Source of the DNA: a virus
Lineage: Duplodnaviria > Caudoviricetes
Reading direction: 5' to 3' (one strand)
IMG/VR virus record: IMGVR_UViG_3300020042_001812
Location: 1 to 28,918 of that record
Length of the DNA: 28,918 nt
Below are positions 15,882 through 25,830 of this stretch, one piece after another (position 1 is the first letter of the stretch; each line of letters begins with the position of its first letter). Position numbers and translations under genes: made by a program. The notes beneath the pieces are model-generated. The model saw only the letters and a program-made list of their open reading frames with translations. It made no database searches and was not told the DNA's origin.

Positions 15882-17385
15882 GATCAATTGTGCCGGCCTG
15901 CGCCCTGCCACGAATAATCATGTCTCGCGCTGTTTCAGGAGATACATTCATTCGTTTTGCGGCCTTCATAATTTGCTGTGAGAGAAGTTCAAGTTTGGGA
16001 GCGCCAATAGGTGATGTGACACCAGTGGCCCCAGATCCTGCACCCCAAACAATACCTTGGGCTGGGACTGCCTCAATGCCCATTGGCGCAGCAACTTCAT
16101 TTGCCCACCATGGGCCAAGAGCCGTCATTTCTGGGACAGACGCACTGGCATTTGGAACTGTTGGAACACCTTTTGATGTTGTTGCTCCACGAACATCAGG
16201 CAGACCCACAATCCTTGACCAGTGAGCATCACCAACAGGCCATTTGGTTTGGAATCCTGTTTGCGGAACACCAGATGCGTGTATGTAGCTCGGAACTTTT
16301 GCAGACCCCATGTCTAACAATCCAGTCTCAACATATTTGCCCATTGGGCCTGCTTGTGCAGTGCTGTGATATGGGTGGCCAATGATGGCCCTCATGTCCT
16401 GTGGGAAATCTGCTCCTCTACGAAATTCAGCAAGACCGCCAAATTTTTTGAAGTCTTCAAACCTGCCCTGTTTAGCAAGCCAGTTGGCCGCAGTACCACG
16501 ATTCAATTCAGTTAAAACCTCAGAGCCAGGGCTTGCCATCCCCGTCAAAGCATTAAATTGGTTGTATTCTTTGATCGCTCTTTTTGGGCCATATATTTGA
16601 GAAAATCGTTGAAACAATGGATCCATCGTGTACCACGATGCCATACCTTTATAAAGCTCTGGGGCTTGCTTTGACTCTTCAATTAGGTCTTGCATCCTTT
16701 GTCTGTTTCTTGGATTCATAACCTCACTGGCATGAGCCGCACCCGTTGCACCAGGCGCTGCCTTAAATGGTCGCTCTGTTATGTTTCCTGCGCGTGTGCC
16801 TTGTTGAGAGATATTGAACAAATCTTCTCGCGTCACACCAAACAACTGTTTCATTGCCGGATCTTCAGGTGCAACCCTAGAGGCTGCCTCTTGAACTAAA
16901 GATCTTGGGTCATCGTAAATGCCAGGGTATGCAATGCGCTGTGGACGCATTACTGTTGCAACTTTTTTAGGCACAACCCCAGGCATCAACCCTTGCTGCT
17001 GCAAATAGTTTTCTGCCATGTTGGCTGCTGTTGGGCCAAGAGTGCGGCCAGTGGCCACAGCACCACGCCCAGCAAGTCTTGCTGCTGGCCCAGCCATTGG
17101 AGCCACCGCTAGCGCGGCATCAAGTGCCTCTGGCCTCATGCGGGTTGTGCCGCCAAGGCCACCAGCACCAGTGAACAATGACCGGCCAGAAGGGTCGTAG
17201 GACAGACGATCCAAAGTCTGGCTTATTTCTGGGGCCATCAAAAACTTTGAGATGCCCTGCATCTGCTGAGTGCGCCGTGGGTCGTACCCCTGCGCAATAA
17301 AATCAGACAGCAGCCCCAAGATTTGATTTCTCGGGGTCGCGCTTATCGTTGACTTTAACAATTCTTCGTCATCAAGCAGGGCCAT
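15799..17385 (-). CDS. Putative ejection protein with C-terminal DNA glycosylase-like domain
   Basis: Last gene of the virion operon. A/G/L-rich N-terminus, then a globular region with SWY, MASP, KVPSY, GDAHWSR and AQGIVW. Confidence 0.55.
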   Translation of the reverse strand: MALLDDEELLKSTISATPRNQILGLLSDFIAQGYDPRRTQQMQGISKFLMAPEISQTLDRLSYDPSGRSLFTGAGGLGGTTRMRPEALDAALAVAPMAGPAARLAGRGAVATGRTLGPTAANMAENYLQQQGLMPGVVPKKVATVMRPQRIAYPGIYDDPRSLVQEAASRVAPEDPAMKQLFGVTREDLFNISQQGTRAGNITERPFKAAPGATGAAHASEVMNPRNRQRMQDLIEESKQAPELYKGMASWYTMDPLFQRFSQIYGPKRAIKEYNQFNALTGMASPGSEVLTELNRGTAANWLAKQGRFEDFKKFGGLAEFRRGADFPQDMRAIIGHPYHSTAQAGPMGKYVETGLLDMGSAKVPSYIHASGVPQTGFQTKWPVGDAHWSRIVGLPDVRGATTSKGVPTVPNASASVPEMTALGPWWANEVAAPMGIEAVPAQGIVWGAGSGATGVTSPIGAPKLELLSQQIMKAAKRMNVSPETARDMIIRGRAQAGTIDPNLAAAIAAAAGGGGAGLFGLDMFYPE

Positions 17386-17388
17386 GAG

Positions 17389-19242
17389 TTACTCCGGTGT
17401 CGCGCCGATTATTGATCCGTAGCCAAGCTGTTCAGCCTTGTTGCGCAGTGACTTGGCAAAAGGCTCGACCTTCATCATGTTTGCCTTGCTCATCATTGAT
17501 GCCGCCAGTTGCGGGTCAAGCATAGCCTCAACCAAGAGACGCTGCACCTGCTGATCTGGCAGCTTGTACAGCCAATCCAGTGGGCGGGTCATGGTTCGCA
17601 GTGTGGTGTTGTCTGCCATAGACTCGCTGAACACTCGGCCAATCAGGTTGCCCATGCTCATATTCTGGAATGTGTTGGAGCCTGGTGCGCGAACACCTGG
17701 CGCAGTTGCCGCTTGGCCCCTGTTAATCTCGTTGATGATGTTGTCAATTTTTCTTTGCGCAGCCGGCGACAGATCAGTGCCAAGTTCTTCCCGCTTGGCC
17801 GCCAATTGCGTGCGCAATTTACCCGCCGCCAGCACAGGCTCACCCGTCATTATGTTGGGCTGGCCTGTGGTCACTCTGCTCTGAATGGCTTGCAGCAATT
17901 CCATTTGGTCAATCGGTTTTGATGACTTGGCAAACTGCTGCATGTACTTGTTGAATCCTGGCGCACTGGATTCAATCGTTCTGTCAATGACCGGCAGCAA
18001 GTCAGCCAATTGCTTACGGGCCAAACGCAAGTTTGCCAAGTCGCCGGACAGCTTGCCGGCCATAGCATCGGTGATGTCCTTGCGCACGCTGTACAGCGCC
18101 ATCGGGTTGATGGTGTTTGTTTCAGGGTCTACCCGCTTTGTCAGCAGGTCGGTCACATACTTCATGGCCTGATCTACTGTCTGTCGCTGGGTTGCCGGAT
18201 TGCTGGTGATGCCAAGAATCGCTGCGGCAACCGGCTCCACGGATACGGGTGGAGCGTTCAAAAATGCTTGCTCACGCAATGGCGTTGTGATGCTAGACCG
18301 CTTGGCTTGGGCGTAAGGGATAGAGCCAGGCCGGCCAGCAGTACGCTGGAATGCGTCCATCAATGCCTGCTGGTTGGCAGACAATCTGGCGCCAAACAAG
18401 TTGGACGGGTCAAATGTCGCAGACCGCAGTGGCGACTCAAGGCCAGCAAGACCAGGATCACGCGCACCAGCGGCAGTGGTCAGTTGCACACCTGGCACTG
18501 TTGGCCTTGCGGCCTGCAAGTTGGCAATGGCTCGTTCTGGGTCTGTTGCAACATTGCGCAGCACATTGCCGACCATCACCTCGCGGCCCTGTTGGGTAAA
18601 GGGCTGCACCAGCGCCTTCGGCGCGGCCAATGCACGCTGGGTGGCTGGCAGGCTCGGGCCACCAGGTGCAATCATGCCAGCGCCCATTGCGCCGGCTAAT
18701 TGCAAAGCTGGTGAAAAGTCACCCTCGCGCAGCATCCCGCCAGCAGTGGAGGCCGCCAAGGCAGCAGATGTCTGGGCCTGTGGACTTTGTGAAAAGAATT
18801 GCGCAACATTGCGCCCCATCTCCGGCAGCATAGGTGCGACTGCTCCTGCAACTTTTGCCACACCAGCCGTGCCGTAACCTGCACCAGCAATGTCTTGGAC
18901 TACGCGCTCTTGCGCTGTTCTTGGCTCTGGGAAACCCAAGCGCCTGAGATTGGTCTGGGTGGCTTGCGTCATGGTTGGCACATTTGTGCCGGCGGCCAAG
19001 TTTAAAAAATTCACCAAAGGATCAACGGCCATAGGCAGTAACCCGCCAGCAGTCATGGCAGCTTGCGCTATCGGACGCACAGCCAAGCCAGCTTCACGGC
19101 CAAGTGTGCTTGGGGCTTGCACCCCAGCAATCTGCTTTAGCTGTTCAAGTGGCGTGCCGTTAACAAATGCAGCAATCTGATCATCTGTCGCCTCCGCTGG
19201 AAACTCAAGAGTTCCAATGCCTTCGATGTTGATTTTTTTCAT
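17389..19242 (-). CDS. DNA ejection/transfer protein (P22 gp16-like position)
   Basis: 617 aa, A/G/Q-rich and helical. N-terminal LEFPAEATDDQIAAFV module. Located in the ejection cluster. Confidence 0.65.
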   Translation of the reverse strand: MKKINIEGIGTLEFPAEATDDQIAAFVNGTPLEQLKQIAGVQAPSTLGREAGLAVRPIAQAAMTAGGLLPMAVDPLVNFLNLAAGTNVPTMTQATQTNLRRLGFPEPRTAQERVVQDIAGAGYGTAGVAKVAGAVAPMLPEMGRNVAQFFSQSPQAQTSAALAASTAGGMLREGDFSPALQLAGAMGAGMIAPGGPSLPATQRALAAPKALVQPFTQQGREVMVGNVLRNVATDPERAIANLQAARPTVPGVQLTTAAGARDPGLAGLESPLRSATFDPSNLFGARLSANQQALMDAFQRTAGRPGSIPYAQAKRSSITTPLREQAFLNAPPVSVEPVAAAILGITSNPATQRQTVDQAMKYVTDLLTKRVDPETNTINPMALYSVRKDITDAMAGKLSGDLANLRLARKQLADLLPVIDRTIESSAPGFNKYMQQFAKSSKPIDQMELLQAIQSRVTTGQPNIMTGEPVLAAGKLRTQLAAKREELGTDLSPAAQRKIDNIINEINRGQAATAPGVRAPGSNTFQNMSMGNLIGRVFSESMADNTTLRTMTRPLDWLYKLPDQQVQRLLVEAMLDPQLAASMMSKANMMKVEPFAKSLRNKAEQLGYGSIIGATPE

Positions 19243-19248
19243 ACGGCC

Positions 19249-20615
19249 TCATTCAAAGACAAATTTAGTTCCGTTCCAGCGCATAGTTTTAGCCGCACTA
19301 GCAGGTTGATTCTTCATAATTGATGGGGCAGTGGCCGGTGCGCCAAGTGCAGTGTCAAGGTTTTTAAATCCGTAAGCATTGCCAAACTGTTCGTACTCTC
19401 CACGCTTTTTGTTGTAAGCCTGACCTGCGGCAGAGTAAAGTTCGTTGGACAACTTCTGGAAATCATCACGCTGAGTAGGTGTCAGCTTTTGGCCAGTCAT
19501 AAAGTTGTTAAAGTAGTTCTGCAAACGATCCATGCGGCCAGCAGCGGCCATTGCAATGCCAAGTTCAGACTCGCGGACAACAGAGCCAGGGTCAAGCAGC
19601 TTCATCACCTTGGTTGCACCAGCGACATCACCGATTGGTGTGCCCTGTGCAAGTGAAGATACGACTTGGCCGTATGCAGACTTCATGTCGCTAAAGTCTT
19701 TGTAGATTGGCTCTTGCTTAAATGCAGCGCTAAGTTTCATCTCATTTTCAAAGCCCTTTTGGCCAACATCAATTGGTACTGTGACATTTGTCGCCCCAGA
19801 CCGCTTCAACCTCATAATGTTTTCAAAGGTGATAGGAACACCTGCAGCCTGCAAAGTCCTAATGACTTCTGGTGATGCCTCTGGTTTGTCAAGCAAGCGC
19901 AAGTTTGCCAAAGTAGGGGCTAAGCCCAAGGCGTTTAGAGTCTTAATGGCTTCTGGTGATGCCTCTGGCTTGTCAAGCTGGCGCAAGTTTGCCATAGTCA
20001 CCGGCAAGCCCAATGCCCTCAGTGTTTTGATGCTGTCTGGTGATGCCTCTGGCTTCATGGCGTCCAGCAAATACTGCGTGCCTTTTTCGCGGCCAAGGCT
20101 ACCAATTAGCGCACGCTGCTGTTGGCTCAAGTTGCCAAGAATATTGGGCGCAGCAGCAGGGCAGCCGCCGCTACTGGCATAGTCTCCGACATGAATCGCT
20201 CAACAGGCGGCACGGCCACACCTGTCAACGGCGCTGGTGGTGCTGATGGTGCAGCCGCAGCCGCGACTCCTTCTGGAGATTGCAAAAACTTCAAGAAACC
20301 AGCATCAGCCGTTGCGACCCGTTTCGCCTCTTCCAGCTTCTGACCCAGCAGCAGGTCTTGCAGTGACCCAGAACGCCCCTCTTGGTAGCTTTTCTGACCC
20401 GCTTGCAGTGCAGACCCAAAGGCTTGTCCCAATCCGATGGGGACTGCGCTGCGGCCACCAGCTTGCAGCAATGCAGCCGCCGCTGACAGCGCGGCATTAC
20501 GATTCATCAGCTTGCGCTGGTCTTCGCTTAATAGCGCATCAAGCCCTGATGGCGTAGCGCCCATACCGCCGCCAAATATGCTGCCAAGATTTGCAAAGTC
20601 AAATTGGGTTGCCAT
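19249..20615 (-). CDS. DNA ejection protein (gp20-like position), split by an apparent 1-nt frameshift near 20160
   Basis: ORFs 20127..20615 and 19249..20130 join into ...PVAAAAPAAAPNILGNLSQQQRAL... if one C is added. Contains a KLLDPGSVVRESE motif. Confidence 0.65.
19804..20055 (-). repeat. Three 84-bp (28-aa) tandem repeats
   Basis: GGTGATGCCTCTGG at 19871, 19955 and 20039; peptide KPEASPxxIxTLxAxGxxxTxxN. Confidence 0.9.
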
Positions 20616-20624
20616 TTTTATTCC

Positions 20625-21581
20625 TTAAAACAGACCAAGCAATGCGCCAATTGCTGCGCCAACTTCTCCGCTGACTGAGCCGCCAGTAAGTCCTGCTAAT
20701 TGAGAGCCAGCCGTAGCGCCGCCCAGAATACTAGCGCCGACATTCCGGCTGTATGGAGTCGTTGTGCTGGCTCCCAAGGAGGCAGGGTTAAAGCCAAGCG
20801 CCGACTGACTAATGCCCAGACGCTGGAGATCAACATTGCGCAATGCATCAAGCTGCTGCTGTTCAAAGGCTTGACGCGCACCGCCAGCACTCATTGCAGC
20901 CTGTGCGCCACCAAGGCGCAGGGCTTGCTGCTGTGCGCCAAGGTCGCCAAGCTGGTTAGCCGCACCAAGCCTGAATTGCGCACCCTGCAAACCCATTGCC
21001 TGATTGGCAAGACCTGCTTGCTGCTGCCGTGCCAAGTCTGCTGCCTGCAATTGCACAGCCTGATTGAATGCCGACTCGTTAAGCTGAGTGCCCAGAGTGC
21101 CGGCCTGCTTGGCAAACCCTTGGTTAGTCAAAGCCTCTGCCACACCTTGGCGTGAGCCACCGAATGCCCTAGCCGCAGTGGCACGCTCTCCGGTGTTTTG
21201 GATGGCCATGCGTCTTGAAGACTCCAGATCATCCAAAGCATTCTGGCGCACTAGGCTGGTGTACGGATTCATGTAACTGCCAAGTGAGCCTTGGCCACTC
21301 ATGCCCAGATTGGCCTGTGCCGCTTGCAATTCGGCAGGCTGGTATGTGCCACTGAGTGCGGCCATCTGGGCAGCGTAGTCGGTGCTGCTAATGCCTGGGC
21401 CACCCAAGCCGGTATTGATAAGCTGCTGCTCACCAGCAGTGTAGAAAGGGTTGTAACCTGCAAACTGTTGGACGGGCAATGCAGTTGCCACACCTTGAGC
21501 CGTTGCTATGTTTGAAAGAAACGCCCTCTTGATGTCAGGATCAATTGAGGTTGATGAGGTAGTGCTGCCGCCTTTTGACAT
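20625..21581 (-). CDS. Pilot/ejection protein (P22 gp7-like position)
   Basis: MSKGGSTTSSTS start, YMNPY, AFGGSRQGV, Q/A/G-rich, C-terminal GAAIGALLGLF glycine zipper. Confidence 0.65.
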   Translation of the reverse strand: MSKGGSTTSSTSIDPDIKRAFLSNIATAQGVATALPVQQFAGYNPFYTAGEQQLINTGLGGPGISSTDYAAQMAALSGTYQPAELQAAQANLGMSGQGSLGSYMNPYTSLVRQNALDDLESSRRMAIQNTGERATAARAFGGSRQGVAEALTNQGFAKQAGTLGTQLNESAFNQAVQLQAADLARQQQAGLANQAMGLQGAQFRLGAANQLGDLGAQQQALRLGGAQAAMSAGGARQAFEQQQLDALRNVDLQRLGISQSALGFNPASLGASTTTPYSRNVGASILGGATAGSQLAGLTGGSVSGEVGAAIGALLGLF

Positions 21582-21591
21582 TTTGTGCCCC

Positions 21592-22803
21592 TTATCCGAG
21601 TAGAGATTTCATTTTTTGCACAGGAATCTTGCCATCGTTAATCATGCCAAGCAGACCCTCGCCATACTTTTTGACCGCTGATTTTTTGATGACATACTCG
21701 CCGCTAAGTAGCGCACCATAGCCTTGGTCTGGGCCTTTAGGGTCTGGGCCTTTGAGCCGGTTTTTCGTGACCTTGCCGCCCTTGGCAAAGCCGTCATAGC
21801 CGCCGGAATAACCGCCGCCTGTGACGCCAGCGTCATCGCTAGGGCTGTAGCTATCGTTTTGAGAGGGCATACCGCCGCCTGTGATACCTGCATCATCACT
21901 AGGGCTGTAGCTATCACTGTCTGAAGGCATACCGCCACCAGAGATACCTGTATCAGTACCTGGGTCGTAGCTATCGCCGCCAAAGATGCCACCGCCACCA
22001 CCAAAGATGCCAGCATCTTGATTAGTTTGAAAATTAGACATTGCAGCAGCAAAGGCATCTTGTACTTCTTGGGCGCTTGGGCCTCTGGTCGCTGCATTTA
22101 TAGCGTTAATTGCTGCCGTGTCATCGTATAAAGCATTCTGCATGTTGGTCATGGAAACTGCTGTTGGCGAGGACATATTTGTTATTGCTGTATCTACGTT
22201 TGCTTGTGCCTGCGGCGAATATTCACTGGCCCTAAAAGATTCTTTTGCAGCTTGATAAGCCTGTGGATCAACACCCATTGCAATCAAACCCTGTTCAGCG
22301 ACAAAGCCAGGGTTAAAGTAGTTTTGCAATGCGCCGAGTGATGTTTTCCCAAAAATGCTTTGGCCAAATTGCGTTATCCCAGCTAATGTAGGATTTTCAG
22401 CATAAAACGCAGCTTTTTCAGCATCGGTCATGGTGTCCCATGCCGGTGTAAAGTCGCCACTTCCACCAGAGCCAGTGCCACCAGTGCCGCCAATGCCTCT
22501 TGTGGTAGCAGCACCAGGAACATAAGTGGTGCTTGTCCCGCCACCACCACCACCGCCAGAGCCGCTACCAGAGCCGCCACCAGAGCCGCCACCAGAGCCA
22601 CCACCAGCGCTATAAGTGCCCATAGAACCGCCGGTCACGGTACTGGTAGTGCTGCCAGGCTGCACCCTATAAGACCCCATCGTGCCGTATGGGTTGGCAA
22701 ATGGCGTCATTTGTGCCAACAATTCTTGATACCGATTTTGTGAGCCGCCACCACCAGGCTGGGTCAACAAATATTGACGATATAACTCTTCCATTGTTGC
22801 CAT
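21592..22803 (-). CDS. Gly/Ser-rich low-complexity virion protein
   Basis: GS repeats and C-terminal FAKGG...D...ALLSGEYVIKKSAVKKYG...IN motif seen in tape-measure/ejection proteins. Confidence 0.6.
   Translation of the reverse strand: MATMEELYRQYLLTQPGGGGSQNRYQELLAQMTPFANPYGTMGSYRVQPGSTTSTVTGGSMGTYSAGGGSGGGSGGGSGSGSGGGGGGGTSTTYVPGAATTRGIGGTGGTGSGGSGDFTPAWDTMTDAEKAAFYAENPTLAGITQFGQSIFGKTSLGALQNYFNPGFVAEQGLIAMGVDPQAYQAAKESFRASEYSPQAQANVDTAITNMSSPTAVSMTNMQNALYDDTAAINAINAATRGPSAQEVQDAFAAAMSNFQTNQDAGIFGGGGGIFGGDSYDPGTDTGISGGGMPSDSDSYSPSDDAGITGGGMPSQNDSYSPSDDAGVTGGGYSGGYDGFAKGGKVTKNRLKGPDPKGPDQGYGALLSGEYVIKKSAVKKYGEGLLGMINDGKIPVQKMKSLLG
21796..21975 (-). repeat. Three 60-bp (20-aa) tandem repeats
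   Basis: DSYDPGTDTGISGGGMPSDS / DSYSPSDDAGITGGGMPSQN / DSYSPSDDAGVTGGGYSGGY. Confidence 0.85.
22540..22606 (-). repeat. 12-bp GGSG-coding repeats
   Basis: ACCAGAGCCGCC tandem units encoding GGGSGGGSGGGSGSGSGGGGGGG. Confidence 0.8.
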
Positions 22804-22804
22804 G

Positions 22805-23173
22805 TCATAGCTCCTTTGCTAGTACAGCCCACTGTGGACTGTAGCCCTCATCCTTTAAAAATGTCTTTGCCCAGCCCTTGCGTCCGGCCAAAGTCACCCG
22901 TGTGCAGCCAATTGACTTGCCCCAAGACTCAATCAACGGCTGCATTCTTGAGATTTCATCTAGGTCGCCACCAGCTAAAAAGACATGCATGTTTTTCAGC
23001 CTTGGATAGACAATGATTTCTGTCAGTATTACCGAGTTTTGGGCTGGCCACAGTTGCAGCCTATTATCCAAAACCATCTCGGCAACATCATCAAAATAGT
23101 GTGTTCCACCAGAGTATTCTAAAGCAGCCTCCACATGATGGCGCAGCCTTTGCAAATGCTCTTGGTCGCTCAT
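22805..23173 (-). CDS. GNAT-fold-like virion assembly protein (P22 gp14-like position)
   Basis: HVFLAGGDL...WGKSIGCTRVTLAGRKGW. Follows the tail hub gene. Confidence 0.6.
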   Translation of the reverse strand: MSDQEHLQRLRHHVEAALEYSGGTHYFDDVAEMVLDNRLQLWPAQNSVILTEIIVYPRLKNMHVFLAGGDLDEISRMQPLIESWGKSIGCTRVTLAGRKGWAKTFLKDEGYSPQWAVLAKEL

Positions 23174-24648
23174 CTCTTACCGCTGGCCACCGCATCCAGC
23201 CGCATCACCCCAATGCGCCAATCTGCCAGCACATTGCCCGTCACCTTCATGTTGACCTGCCGGCCAGAAAACCTGACAGAAGTCGGGTTTGCTGCCGTGT
23301 ATGGCCCGAATGTGGATTCTGTACCCGTAGGGTAGAGCCTAGTCTTGAACGACACTACAGCCTCGCCCAAGGTCTGCTCATCCGGTATCACCTCGCGGAT
23401 ACTCATAACATTGTCGCCATTGCCAATCTGGATTGGCCCAGACTCAGCAAAGAGTGTTGCGCCGTCATAGTCAAAACCCACCTCATGCTCGTTGACTTCG
23501 CCGGCAGCATCCACCATCAATGGCAAGGTAAAGACGCCAGCGTCAGTGCCTGCTAACCTAGACAATGTGCCGATAGCCCAATGGCCTTCACGGTAGTTGT
23601 AGGTCACATAAGAGTCATTCTCAATGCCTGCATTGCTGGGATAAAACCACCAAATCTCACCAAACTTGCTGTTATGCACAGCATGCACCTTTGCACGCTG
23701 GTCTAGGTTGATATTGTTGAAAACGAAATCAGACACATCGCATGGCAGCGGTTTGGCGTAGCCGTCATAAATCCAAAAGCCCGATTTGCTCATCCAGATA
23801 GCTGCCGTATCAATAGCGGCCACAGCTTGGGCAGAAATCAGGCCGCACCCAGAGCCAGCCTTCTCAAACCCGTAGACAAATGGCGCACCCACATATTGGG
23901 CCGTGTGGACATCAACATCGGTAAACAGCAGGTTGATGCCCTTAACCCGTTTTCCAGCCATCAGTGTGCCAGAGCTTGTCAGTTCATAGTCACCGGCCAA
24001 GTTGTCTGTTGCTGGCGTCCAGAGGGTATTGTTCTCTTGGTCACACCACTGGACTTTGCGAGGGTTTCCACCAGCGCCAAGGGCAAACAGGAATCGCTCG
24101 GCGGTCACAAGAATAGCCTTGTTGGCAGTTGGTGCGTTGGTAATTACAGCCGCTAAAGTTGGGGTTGTAAAACCTAGCTGCCACTCGTAAATCTTGCCAT
24201 CGTAGTCTGAGCAGCCCACCAGGTATTCGCCCCAAGTGTCAAGGCTCCAAGTCGTTGCTATGTTTGCAAATCCAGTGTCTGGTCGCGGCACGCCGTATGC
24301 AAAACTGCCGTAAAGGTTTTTGCCGTAGCCAGTGGTGGATGTGGAGTCAACAAAGCCAGGCGTGAATCCAGTGGGCGTGATGTCCTTCAAGACGCCCAAA
24401 ACATCCATTGCAAACAGCTTGGAGTGAGTGCCAAGGCCAATGTAAGAGGCGGCAGAATTGTCACGCCAAGTGATGATCGCCCTGCAAGCGCCGGTCACAG
24501 TTGACGCCGACTTCGCCCTCCAGCCGTTGACGGGTCGGAGCGTGTTTTCGTACCAGCGCACAAGGTTGGCATCGTGCCACCGCCCAGCAGACTGATATTC
24601 AGTACCGTTGCGGTAGACGCCTGGTGGTAGTTTGATGGGTATGTACAT
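23170..24648 (-). CDS. Tail hub / packaged DNA stabilisation protein (P22 gp10-like)
   Basis: 492 aa, beta-rich: VQWCDQE, GSGCGLIS, WMSKSGFWIYDG, EIWWFYPS, YNYREGHW. Confidence 0.75.
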   Translation of the reverse strand: MYIPIKLPPGVYRNGTEYQSAGRWHDANLVRWYENTLRPVNGWRAKSASTVTGACRAIITWRDNSAASYIGLGTHSKLFAMDVLGVLKDITPTGFTPGFVDSTSTTGYGKNLYGSFAYGVPRPDTGFANIATTWSLDTWGEYLVGCSDYDGKIYEWQLGFTTPTLAAVITNAPTANKAILVTAERFLFALGAGGNPRKVQWCDQENNTLWTPATDNLAGDYELTSSGTLMAGKRVKGINLLFTDVDVHTAQYVGAPFVYGFEKAGSGCGLISAQAVAAIDTAAIWMSKSGFWIYDGYAKPLPCDVSDFVFNNINLDQRAKVHAVHNSKFGEIWWFYPSNAGIENDSYVTYNYREGHWAIGTLSRLAGTDAGVFTLPLMVDAAGEVNEHEVGFDYDGATLFAESGPIQIGNGDNVMSIREVIPDEQTLGEAVVSFKTRLYPTGTESTFGPYTAANPTSVRFSGRQVNMKVTGNVLADWRIGVMRLDAVASGKR

Positions 24649-24650
24649 GA

Positions 24651-25307
24651 TTAGATTGTCGGTAGGTTGGACACAAAGCTAATTGTCGCAATAGCCGATG
24701 GCACTGCTGGGCGTGTCGGGCTTGTTCCAGCAGCGTACTGCTCAATCGTAACGCCAACATCGGTTGGCCGCCACATGATTTCAACATAGTCGTTTGCATT
24801 CAATGTCAAAAAATAATTCATGGCCGCAATCGTGTGGTAAGGGTCACCAGCACCCTTTCTGGGTGCAAAGCCAAACCTACTATTTGAATTTGCTGCATTT
24901 GTTCCATTGACCCGAAACCAGATATCCACATCCTGTGAGGCATTAGTCGTATTTGTAAACTGAATGGAAAACTGTATGTTCCAGATACCGCTGTCAGCCA
25001 CAGTGATCCTAGAACCGCTGGCCATCGTCACGCCATTGCTGAAGTCTGTGGTGTTAAATGTTATTGGATAGGCCGTGGTTGTATTGGCCGCCACTTGGTT
25101 TGTTGAGTCCTGAAAAGCCCCGTGCGGGTTGTTCAAAAACTTACCACCCCTGATGCCAAACAATGCGCCCAGCGTGCTGATCAAATTTCTAAAATAGCCG
25201 TTTAGTGCGCCATTGATTTCCCCAAAGTAACGGCGTTCATACGCCTCTGGGGCAAAGCCCAAGCTGGGGATTGACGGGACTTCTAGTTGTTGCTTCTTAT
25301 TGGCCAT
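24651..25307 (-). CDS. Tail needle/spike-like protein with C-terminal jelly-roll (C1q/BclA-like) domain
   Basis: N-terminal helical segment, then ITFNTTD...RITVADSGIWNIQFSIQF...LNANDYVEIMW. Confidence 0.55.
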   Translation of the reverse strand: MANKKQQLEVPSIPSLGFAPEAYERRYFGEINGALNGYFRNLISTLGALFGIRGGKFLNNPHGAFQDSTNQVAANTTTAYPITFNTTDFSNGVTMASGSRITVADSGIWNIQFSIQFTNTTNASQDVDIWFRVNGTNAANSNSRFGFAPRKGAGDPYHTIAAMNYFLTLNANDYVEIMWRPTDVGVTIEQYAAGTSPTRPAVPSAIATISFVSNLPTI

Positions 25308-25323
25308 AGCATGATTATTTCAC

Positions 25324-25830
25324 TTATGCCATGTCTGCGCCTACTTTGCCAACTTCGGCAACCCTGCGGCCCCATCCCTTGCCAAAAGTCTCCCATGTTG
25401 GCAAGTCCATCAGAAATGACAGCCTGCGCTTGCCATAGTCATCAACCAGATCACCATCAAACGCCGCCACAGCAGCCAAAGTCTTTGGGCCAATGCCGCC
25501 ATCAGGCTCAACCCCCACGCACGCTTGCAGCCACTTTGCAGCCCGACCTGGGCCACTGTTGACAGCAGCATCAAAAACCACATAGTCCACGCCAGCCGGC
25601 AGATCATCGCCGCAAACCTTGTCCCAATACTTCTTCTTGTACATTGGGCCAACAGTCTCTGGTGTCAGGCCGCGCATGGTTTGTTCATCCACATCATGCC
25701 CGACCCACTCTTCCCAGACCTTCTTGGTCACGCCAAGGTTGGTCATGCCGCCAGGGTCTTTAGGATGGTTTACAAAGCCGCCTTCGTGGTGCAGCACTGC
25801 GGCCAGTGCTTGATCAAAGTTTTCTTTCAT
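25324..25830 (-). CDS. Endolysin, glycoside hydrolase family 108 with peptidoglycan-binding domain
   Basis: HEGGFVNHPKDPGGMTNLGVT, FDAAVNSG, DGGIGPKT, FGKGWGRR. Confidence 0.92.
   Translation of the reverse strand: MKENFDQALAAVLHHEGGFVNHPKDPGGMTNLGVTKKVWEEWVGHDVDEQTMRGLTPETVGPMYKKKYWDKVCGDDLPAGVDYVVFDAAVNSGPGRAAKWLQACVGVEPDGGIGPKTLAAVAAFDGDLVDDYGKRRLSFLMDLPTWETFGKGWGRRVAEVGKVGADMA

Noticed and set aside
17509-19180. Long plus-strand ORFs (e.g. 18010..18699, 229 aa)
   Set aside because: Antisense shadows of the 617-aa ejection gene, with no RBS or recognisable motifs.
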